From contig JBCBUK010000001.1 of NCBI GenBank assembly GCA_039818205.1, positions 96,001-160,000 on the forward strand: 64,000 nt of DNA, given 5' to 3'. Position numbers and translations under genes: made by a program. The notes beneath the pieces are model-generated. The model saw only the letters and a list, made by a program, of their open reading frames with translations. It was not told the origin of the DNA and ran no database searches. The stretch is from Verrucomicrobiota bacterium (GTDB lineage: Bacteria; Verrucomicrobiota; Verrucomicrobiia; Opitutales; Cerasicoccaceae). This document shows, in pieces, positions 49,810 to 59,500 of the stretch. The number at the start of each line of letters is the position of its first letter. The first letter of the stretch is position 1.

Positions 49810-51795
49810 ATGTCGCAACATTTTCTTTTCTCCTTCGTTTCTACCAATCTCCTGCGAGTCGCAGCTCTGAGCTACTTCATCGCTTTTTCCTACCTCGCAT
49901 CCTTGTCGGCCGAGCCGATTGACTACTATGCTCCACATCCTTTTGGAACCGAAGGAAACGCCAACCAATGTGATAACACTGCAATTGGGAAATGGTGGAT
50001 CGAGCGTGATGGTGAATGGGGCCACGATAAGGATGGTCGCAAATGGTTCCTCGAGAGAGAGCGCGAAAAGGCCTTGGCATTCGTTCTATACACTCATGAC
50101 GATCGCGTCCTCAAGCTAACCGCACAAACCTTTCCCCTTTACCCGGAAGAACCAAAAACGATCACGCTCGAATTTTTCCGAGATGGCCAGTGGCAACCCG
50201 TCGCTCAAGAACCGATTCAATACCCGGGCTGGTCCGCACACTTTCGAATCGAGAACTGGGATAACTCGCAGGACGTTCGCTACCGAGCACGCCTCGGCGA
50301 CCTTTCCAGCTACGAGGGATTAATTCGCAAAGACCCTGCAGATAAAGAATCCATCGTTGTTGCCTCCATGTCATGCAACTCGCCCAAGGATAAGACCCGG
50401 TATGAACGCATGGAGCTCACAAACAATTTGATAATGCATGACCCCGACTTGTTGTTCTTCGCTGGCGATCAAAACTACACGCACGATGAGCACACTTACG
50501 GTTGGCTCATGTGGGGAGTTCACTATGCAGCCGTGACCAAAGATCGGCCCACGATAACCATCACCGATGATCATGACATTGGGCACGGAAACCTCTGGGG
50601 TGCCAACGGAAAGGTATCACTGATCCAAGGCAATGCCGACGGCGGGTACAAATACCCAGCCAGTTTCGTCAACATGGTGCAGCGATGCGAAATGTATCAC
50701 CTCCCTGATACATTTGATCCGCAACCTATTCTTCAGGATATCTCCGTCCACTACACTGACCTGACACTCGGCGGCATCAGCTTTGCCATCCTGGAAGACC
50801 GGAAGTTCAAAACCGGTCCGTACGGACGCATTCCCCAAATGGGACCGCGCCCCGACCACATTAACGATCCCGACTATGACCGGTCCGGGGTTGACCTCGC
50901 AAACCTGAAACTACTTGGCGACCGTCAACTGAAGTTTCTCGATGCGTGGGCTCGCGATTGGTCGGACAGCTCGATGAAAGTGGTGCTCTCACAAACGGCA
51001 TTCTGTGGGGCCGTCCATCTCCATGGTGATGCATCTAACCGCCTCCTCGCTGACCTTGATTGCAACGGCTGGCCGCAAACTGGTCGCGACCGCGCCGTTC
51101 GCGCGATTCGCCGGGTCAAAGGAACGCATCTTTGCGGCGATCAACATTTAGCAACGGTATTGAAGCACGGTATTGACGACTTTCGCGATGGTCCGATGGC
51201 CTTCACCGGGCCCGCCCTTGTGAATACCATCTACGGGCGCTGGTGGTGGCCGTTAGACGAAGCAGCTGGTGGTGGCGCACCAATCGACAGCCCCCTGCCT
51301 TGGGTGGGCGACTACGAAGACGGTTTGGGTAATAAGATCACGATGTTCGCCTACGCAAACCCCGAATACCAAAAGACCAAGGAGCTCAACAGCGACCCCG
51401 CTCGCGAGAATCGCGGCGATGGCTATGGCTTGGTTCGATTCAACAAGGCGACTCAAGACATCACCTTTGAATGCTGGCCGCGATTCGCCGATCTATCGCA
51501 GGGTGATGCGGCTCAGTTCGAAGGTTGGCCGATCACGTTCAACATGGACCTAAACGATGGTCGAGAGCCAATTGCTCATCTTCCTTCCGTCATCCTGCCC
51601 CATGCCAACGCGGTCGTCCAGCTAACCGACCAAGCTACCGGCGAACTCATCTACTGCTATCGCCTTCAGAATCAAGCGGGCGAGGCCTATGAGGCACCGA
51701 TTTTTACCAGCAGTGCCTACCAGCTCGCAATTGGACAAAGCCAGCCAGACACCGTGCTACTCGACAACATAAACATCCTCGTCGAAGACCAATAG
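49810..51795 (+). CDS. PhoD-like metallophosphoesterase
   Basis: MSCN, DPDLLFFAGDQNY, DDHDIG, EDRKFK, D.NGWP, CGDQH metal-binding motifs. Confidence 0.75.
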   Translation: MSQHFLFSFVSTNLLRVAALSYFIAFSYLASLSAEPIDYYAPHPFGTEGNANQCDNTAIGKWWIERDGEWGHDKDGRKWFLEREREKALAFVLYTHDDRVLKLTAQTFPLYPEEPKTITLEFFRDGQWQPVAQEPIQYPGWSAHFRIENWDNSQDVRYRARLGDLSSYEGLIRKDPADKESIVVASMSCNSPKDKTRYERMELTNNLIMHDPDLLFFAGDQNYTHDEHTYGWLMWGVHYAAVTKDRPTITITDDHDIGHGNLWGANGKVSLIQGNADGGYKYPASFVNMVQRCEMYHLPDTFDPQPILQDISVHYTDLTLGGISFAILEDRKFKTGPYGRIPQMGPRPDHINDPDYDRSGVDLANLKLLGDRQLKFLDAWARDWSDSSMKVVLSQTAFCGAVHLHGDASNRLLADLDCNGWPQTGRDRAVRAIRRVKGTHLCGDQHLATVLKHGIDDFRDGPMAFTGPALVNTIYGRWWWPLDEAAGGGAPIDSPLPWVGDYEDGLGNKITMFAYANPEYQKTKELNSDPARENRGDGYGLVRFNKATQDITFECWPRFADLSQGDAAQFEGWPITFNMDLNDGREPIAHLPSVILPHANAVVQLTDQATGELIYCYRLQNQAGEAYEAPIFTSSAYQLAIGQSQPDTVLLDNINILVEDQ

Positions 51796-51909
51796 GTACG
51801 GACTCAGGCCCATAGTTGGGAGGATGAGTTGGTTGCGGGTTTTGTATCTTTTATGTTACGCGGAAAGTGATCCTTGTCGCGATGCCCACATCCCACTAAT
51901 CGAAGGCCC

Positions 51910-52413
51910 ATGAAATCACGTTATTACGCGATTGTTGCGGTTGCCACATTGGGACTCGTCATTGGCTTATCTGGAAGCAATCGAGCCTCTGGGAACACTA
52001 GCGACCTAGAGGCAAGCTTCACGCCCAAGGAAAAGGAACTCGCTTCTTACATGGCCGAGCTCCAGGTGCTGAGCCACAAACTGGGTCTATCGATCGATGC
52101 CGATAACGAACCGCTCATCAAATTTTACCTTCACGAGTCCAAAGTGAAAATCGAGGAGATTCAAAATGAGTTACCGGAATACGAGGGCGTACCCGTGGCA
52201 CTCTATATGGACCGTATGGCATGGCCCGCCTACAAGAGCCTCGACCAAGCGCTAGCATCGAAATCTGGATACAACTCGAAGGCGGTTAGAGAAGCGTATC
52301 GTGTGTTGATCAACTCTTGCAATGCGTGCCACATTAGCTCCGAGCACCCATATATCCGCATCAAACACAATAAGTCGAATCCTTACCTACAAGACTTCGC
52401 CGCTCAAGATTGA
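51910..52413 (+). CDS. Exported monoheme c-type cytochrome (cytochrome c'-like helical bundle)
   Basis: N-terminal hydrophobic segment; single C-terminal CNACH. Confidence 0.75.
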   Translation: MKSRYYAIVAVATLGLVIGLSGSNRASGNTSDLEASFTPKEKELASYMAELQVLSHKLGLSIDADNEPLIKFYLHESKVKIEEIQNELPEYEGVPVALYMDRMAWPAYKSLDQALASKSGYNSKAVREAYRVLINSCNACHISSEHPYIRIKHNKSNPYLQDFAAQD

Positions 52414-52418
52414 TTGGT

Positions 52419-53462
52419 ATGAAACCGTATCCTTTAAGATTAGCTTTGCCGCTCGGAATGGTCGCGTTACTCGTCCGGCCAACTCCTGGGATTGCCCAGG
52501 AAGTTACCAACAATCGACCGCATATTTTGGCAATTAAGTCAGAGTTCATCGCCAACCGTGAAGAATCTACCATCGTGAACTCCTTGGGCTTCATGGTCGA
52601 AACCGACGGTTTTCTTCTCTGCTGCTACGAACAGATCATCGACCCGGCAAGCGGCGAACTATCCCATTCGATCCAAGTCATCTCGCCTGAGATAGACGAC
52701 TACGAACCACAACCGGCCAGCATTATTGGTGTTGAGCCTACCTTGAATTTTGCGGTCCTCAAAATTGACACCAGCGACGAGCTTCGCAAAAGCCAACTTG
52801 CTGATGAGATTCTACTGACTAAATACGATGCCGTCGGCACCTATCGACTCCGCGACGAAGAAATTGCCGATATCGAAGGCGAATTTCTCCAAATGAATGA
52901 GCTCGAGTGTTACCAACAAAGCCTTACTGGATCGATGATGAAAGCACGACTCGGTCTCGACCAATCAAGCTTTGGTGCCCCGGTTTTTGATGCGAGCGGT
53001 GAAGTCATAGCGGTCTACACTGGCTATGAGCCGATAGACCCATCGTTGGATGAAAACGAAGAGCAAGGCGACTATCTGTTGCCAATTACCTTGGCCAACA
53101 CAGTTTACCAAAGCATCAAAGAACGCCAGAGTCTCGAGTCTCCCTGGACCGGATTTTCGGTTAGTCGCCTTAGCGACGAGGAAAGATCTATTTTCCCACT
53201 CAACAATGGACAGATCAAGGGAGGGATTCGCATTGAACATATTTGGGAGGGTGGCCCTGCCGAAGGGCTCGGAATCCAATCTGGAGACATCCTCGTTAAG
53301 TTCGCTCACAATCCTGTCGAATCCGTCGGCGACTTTCAAAAATGGCTCTATCTTTATGGCGTCGGTCAATCCGTGAAACTGTATCTGATCCGCGACCGCA
53401 AAGAACTCGTCATCATCGAATACACGATCGAAAAACGCCCGGATTGGGCGCGTCCTGAATAG
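52419..53462 (+). CDS. Trypsin-like (S1C/HtrA) + PDZ protein with degenerate catalytic triad
   Basis: SLGFMVETDGFLLCCYEQ (normally TNxH), NFAVLKI (normally DLAVLKI), SSFGAP (normally GNSGGP); PDZ GGPAEGLGIQSGDILV. Confidence 0.8.
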   Translation: MKPYPLRLALPLGMVALLVRPTPGIAQEVTNNRPHILAIKSEFIANREESTIVNSLGFMVETDGFLLCCYEQIIDPASGELSHSIQVISPEIDDYEPQPASIIGVEPTLNFAVLKIDTSDELRKSQLADEILLTKYDAVGTYRLRDEEIADIEGEFLQMNELECYQQSLTGSMMKARLGLDQSSFGAPVFDASGEVIAVYTGYEPIDPSLDENEEQGDYLLPITLANTVYQSIKERQSLESPWTGFSVSRLSDEERSIFPLNNGQIKGGIRIEHIWEGGPAEGLGIQSGDILVKFAHNPVESVGDFQKWLYLYGVGQSVKLYLIRDRKELVIIEYTIEKRPDWARPE

Positions 53463-53469
53463 AAAGAAA

Positions 53470-53499
53470 AAGGCCTCATCCCATGCGAGACGAGGCCTT
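53470..53499. terminator. Terminator between convergent genes
   Basis: AAGGCCTC...GAGGCCTT with a preceding A run (U tract on the minus strand). Confidence 0.7.
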
Positions 53500-53523
53500 C
53501 CCAAAGTAACCGAGCGACCACTC

Positions 53524-56500
53524 CTATTCGTAGTTCACTCGGAAGAAAATTTCGGGCTCAGTCGCGGGAGTTAGCATATAATCATACTCGATCTCCTCGT
53601 AGTCGCCAGTGGTGGTGATCGTCGCATCATTCTCCCAATTGGGAACTTCGATCCAGCTCATTGGATCCAGCGTTGTGCTTCGCTCGAGCTTTGCCTGCTC
53701 AGGAACGGAGCCACTCAGCGGCCGGAAAAAGCTGATTTGGACTTGCAAGGGCGCTGGCGAACCAAAGTCCAACAATGGGCCACTAACACCGTTGGCACTG
53801 GTGTTGGTTAGGAAGTGCAGATAGTTCGAGACGCCGTCAAAGTTGGGATCGGCATTGGGGCTAGTGTCCGTTCCTTCAAGCAACTGCTCGAGCGTGAACT
53901 GCTCGGCAACAAATTTTTCATAAGTGGTATCTCCTGCTGACAAGAAAATCGCATCGGCAAACTGATAGAAGTCGATGAATGGATTTCGGTTGAACTGCCC
54001 CAAGACATTACCACCACCAACATCGACGCCTTCATAGATCTGGTTATTTCTCTCAATTTCGTAGGCGGTCGGTGGAAAGGCCCGATTCCACTCCAGGAGT
54101 GTTGAAAGAATACCCATTTCACTTGATCCCGAAGGACTGTCCGAAAGCATCAGGTTCGTTGTCGAAGGATCCGATCCATCGTAGCGAACCATCATATAGA
54201 ATACGGCTCGTGCGACCATTCCCTTGTCCCGATCAAGTGGCTCCCAAGAGTTGGAATCGCGGGTTGATTCCGGCGCAAACGAATTCGATGTGGTTCCACC
54301 GGTACTTTCGTCGAATGGCAAATTCGAACGCAGGCTGTTTACATCTGACTGGCACGGGAACAGGCTATGCAGATCAGAATGGTCCGGTCCGTTGTCACCG
54401 ACACCCAGGCTGCGAGGCCACACGTGTTCGCGGTTCCAGCTACCCGAGCTTTTCGACAGCGTGGCCAACGAATATATCAGACGAATTGCACTGGAGTCGG
54501 ATTCATCCTCATCGATCACCCGGAATACATCAGGCGCATCGCCATAGCTCACTTGTGTATGGTCATCAATAATATCATGGAGCGCGTTTTGCAACGCGGT
54601 GCCCGTCAAGCCTTCGGCACTCTGGTAGTAAGACAAGAGCACCTGAGCATTCACCGGCACAAATAGATCGACGTAAACCAAGTGGTGGTCGGAAACCGCT
54701 GCAATGCCCTCAGGGCTTGGCCAGAACACCCCGGCGCCGGTGATCGTCTGATTCGCCGATGGCAATGCGTAGTCAACCCGTAGACCACCCACGAAGTCCG
54801 CGGTATCCGATGGCTCGGGACCACCAATACCCGTCGGAACAATCGTGTTATTGATCAGGGGCTCATCAGTAAACTGAAGCGCTGCGTCAGCCGTGCTGTC
54901 GCCCTCATCTGGATCCGCATTGTAGTCGCCCAGGATGACAAACTTTTCGCCGCCTGTGAAGCCACCCGTTGGACTTGGCGGTGTTGTGTTTCCGGCCGAA
55001 ATTAACTCGGCGTCATCGTAAATATAACTCTCACCTTTGATGTAATCGGCCCAGAATCGAATCTCATCGTGATTACGGCGGCCATTCTCATCAACGATGG
55101 TCGGATTCGCGAAATCGGTCTCCGTTCCATCGTCAAACGCCGGAGGCGTTGGGTGAGCGCAGAGGGCATGAATTGTTTCGGAACCCACCAAGATTGGCAC
55201 ATCCCAATGGCTTTTCGAGGACAGGCGAAATACATCTTGCTCAGCCGCTGTGTAGTAGTTGCCCGTGTCAAAATCGCCGTCGGAGTCCAGCGGATCCGGC
55301 GGCAGAAGATTATTGGGCATGTCTTTCCACAAGAACTGCTGGAACGTGCGGATGCCCGAGTAATTAATTGGATACTTTGACAGGAGCACCATGCCGTATT
55401 GACCTTCGTATTCGCCAAAGCCAAACGCATCATCGCCGTAAGCCTGCGAGCCCGGCGTCGAGACCACGGAGCCATTGTTGTCCAGGTCAAATCCTGAATG
55501 GACTCCCGTATTAACCGGCGCAAGATAGGTGTACCCATAGTAAACTGGGCTCTGACCATTCTGAGGAACAGCAAGGTAGTTATCCAGGAAGTTGCGCAAT
55601 GCTTGGCCACCCGAATCATAGTCAAATTCATTGATCAAGATAACGTCAGCGTTGTTGATCTGGATAATTTCGGCGACCTCATTGATGTGAGTGGTATTCG
55701 TGATCGAGGTCGCCGCGATGAGTCCATTTGGAAACTCCGCCATGGATCCGTTGAAGGTTGCGAAGCGGATTGAAGATGGCTCATTCACCACATCGCTATT
55801 GATATCGATCGTGACTGAATCGAACACATGTGAAACGCCGTCGAATGCCTGGATACGAATCACGTATTGGCTGCGCACGGAAGTATCGATATTACTTGCG
55901 TCATTGATCGTGATCACCCCTGAATTCGGATTGATGCGGAAAGCCGGACCGCCGCCGTTGGCCTCCATAAAGCACATCTGAGCGCCCTGGACCAAGTTAT
56001 TGGCCGCAATCAGACCGTCCGTTACCGAGTGGGCTTGGACGTTGAACAGGAACAAGGAACCGCCGGCCTCCCCAAACAGGCTTGAAACGTCTAAGATGCC
56101 CGATGATTCCCAGTTTCCGAGGTCATTGGTGCTGCCATCCGTAGAACCCAATGGAAGGACAACGTCGCGGCACATCTGGGCAATGCGAGTCGCTTGGCCA
56201 GTTGTGGAGTCGACCTTCCAGATCGAGGTTTCCTGGCCCGAGTTGGCAAAATCCGTCGTCGCCCCGCCAGCTCGGTCTTCTTGGATGTAGAGGAAATTGT
56301 CATCGGCCCAGTCGAGGTTGTCTGGATTGCGAAGTCCTTGCTCTGAGCTAAAGAACTGCCCACCACCCTGATCGTCCGCATCGTAAAGCAGATCGATATC
56401 GGCGGTCGGCGCACCCAGGTTTGTGAAATCAACATCAACGATGTAGATACAGCCCCATTTATCAAACGGGAACAAGTTGCCTCGCCCGGTGCTGGCGAAC

Positions 56501-59500
56501 GCAAAACGGGTCCCATCATTCGGGTCAGTCGCCAAGTCTTCCGGACGTGAGAACGAAAAGCCGCCGAGAGAATCCGATTCCGAACGCATGGTTGTGCCAT
56601 CCTTGTAACCAGCGGAATCATGGCCCGCTTGACCGGCCTGGGATACGTCCTGTGGATCAATCTCAACAAAGGTTCCCGCACGGTTTGATCCCGTGCCAAA
56701 AAACTGCTGAGGGGTGGTATTTCCATTGTCTGCCCGCCAAACATAAAGCGTTCCAAACTCCAAACCATTCCGTGCGAGGAAGCTACTCGAAGCCAGGCCA
56801 TCCTTATCCTTACCCTTCTCACCCACATAGAGGTAGAGTGGCGCGCTCTCAAGGTCATCGCCGAGCACAAATGCGACGTGAGTCGTCGTTCCCGTATCGA
56901 GTAGCGCAACATTCTCCCACGAGCCACGCCCCATTGCCGGTACCGCGTAAAAGCCTCCGCTGGCAACGTCGAGTGCCCAGACAGTGCCACCATGCGCACT
57001 ACCAAATGTCTTAGCGGCTTCCTCACCATTCATGTAGATGCGATCAGCAAGACCGCGACCAGCTCCGAAAGAATTGGCTTCGTAGAGCGAGCTGGAACAC
57101 ATCCGATCGAATCCTTCGGTCGCATGCCCACGCTCATTGATTTGCGACGCAGCCGTAACGATATTTCCACTGCGATCGTAGATTGTATCGTACGCGTATC
57201 CGCCATCAACGACGCTGCGGGTTGCCTTGTCGATATCCAAGTAGGAAACGCGCGCACCCGTAATCGAAGTTCCATTGGCCAGTTGATAGGCGTAGCCCTG
57301 TTCTGGTTCGATCTCGTGATTGAAGAAGACCCGGACGGTGTCCACATCCAGCTCGTAAGCGCCAATACCATCGAAGACACCCACGGGGCTAAAGTTTCCC
57401 GGTGTATTGGAATTCAGAGCACCAGAGGCTCCACTAACCGCATCGCCCGCGGTAAAGACCGGCGTAATCTTGAACCCAGCACCAGCAACTGGCTTCATTT
57501 TCGTTGGTGCCGCATCCCCGGCAAGAATCGCATATTGGAAACCTTCGTTCCCGACAATTGCGCTGTTCAAATCACCGATCACCGTGCCAGACAATGCGTT
57601 CTCGGATGTGGTAAAAGGCCCAACCGTGTCAATCGCTGGAGTCGTCGTGGTGAAATCATATGTCGTGGTATCAACAATGCCCGCGAAGCTGTTACCCGAT
57701 GTATCAAGCACGGCGCCGGCATCAACCTGAACATAGTAGGATGTGGCAGGATCAAAATTCGCCGCCGGATTGATTGTTAGTGTTCCGAGGTTGGCCGTAA
57801 CCTGCGGAGTGGTGACATCAATTGTTTCGACAATGCTGTTGTTGCTGGAACGGCGAATGGTTATGTTACCGGTTCCCTTCTGAATGATCTCGTTAAAGTT
57901 GATTAAGAGGTTGGAGTTTACGATGACTCCAATCGCGTCATCGGATGGGTCGAAGCTAGCAACAACCGGTGCAGTGGTATCCGTAACCGCCGATTCGGTT
58001 ACCTCAAGGGTCAAGCTTGGGTTGCCGGGATCAAAGGTATTGTTGAGACCCGAATAGGTAATCGCATCGAGCGAACCGACTGCGGCAATGATTATGCTGA
58101 ACTCGGCTCCATTCTGCAATTGCGCCAATAAGTCCGCTTCTACACCGCTCAAATCGAGAGTAAAGGTGTCTTGCGCCCCACCCGCTTGCGCCGTGTAAGG
58201 AAACTGGCCAAGCGATACCGGCGTGTAGGTAAACTCAGAATTATCAATCCCATTGATCACCGCCAAAGTATTCGTCAAGCCAGCATAGTTTCCATTGTAA
58301 GTATCGGTGGTTAGGAAGAATTCGACGGTCGCCGTCGCCGAAGTAAAGCTGCGGTCATTATGTGTCAGCGTTAAGTCCGCACTCACAATGTTGTCGATCT
58401 GCTGCGCACCGTTGAGCGCGAAGTCCAAATTGGAGAACTGGAAACTAGCGATACTGTAGATGGCGAACTGGCCTTGACCACTTCCCTCTGCATAGAATTC
58501 AGTTGAACCAATGTCGCCACCCGTTCGAATACCTGCCAGGGCAAACAGATCCTTGGTCGCCGTGGCATCCGGGGTCACTGCGCCAATATCCGTGAGGAAG
58601 TTCCAAATAGTTTTGTCACTGAATCCGGCGAATGCATTTCCGGCAGTATCTTCGATGGCGCCGCCGTCGATCTGAACATAGTAATCCGTGTTGTCGGCAA
58701 ACGTTCCAGTTGGGTCGACGGTTATCGTGTCACCATTGATACTAACCTTTCCGGAACCAATTGATACGGTTTCGAATGTTGAATCGTCGCCGGTAAGTTT
58801 GATGGTGATGTTGCCCGAACCAGCAGCAATATTTTCATTGAACGTGATCTCCAGGTTCGCGTTGTTTGCGACCAGGTTCGAATCATCGGCGGGTGAAAGC
58901 GTGACCAAATTTGGAGCAGTAAGATCCGGCGCCGCTGTGGAAAAATTCCAGCTCGTAGTATCGCTTATCCCGGCAAACGCATTAGCGGAAACATCTTCAA
59001 TCGCCCCGTTGTCGATCTGAACGTAGTAGGCAGTACTCGTATCCAAGTTGCTGGTCAGATCAATCGTCACCGAAGCGTTGTTGATGGTGACGTTACCGGA
59101 GCCAATCGCTACCGTTTCGACGACCGAGTCGTTAGATGCCAAGTGAATGACAATGTTGCCGGTGCCGGCTTGGACGTTTTCGTCAAATGTGATCACCAAG
59201 TTGCCATCGATGGCAAAGTCTGCCCCGTCATCAATGGGACTCAGGCTGGCAATTGAGGGCGGCGTCGAATCATTCGAATTCGTCGCCGAGATTCCGAGTT
59301 CAAGGTTTGGATTGCCAGGATCGAATGTGTTATTCAGGCCCGCGTAGGTAATCGAGTCACTCGCGCCAACAGGGGCGATAATGATACTGAACTCACCCTC
59401 CGCGTTCAACTGCGCCAAGACACTCGACTCAACGCCACTTAGATCCAGCGTGAATTGATCTTGAACACCACCAGTCGCAGCGGTGTATGCAAATTGGCCG

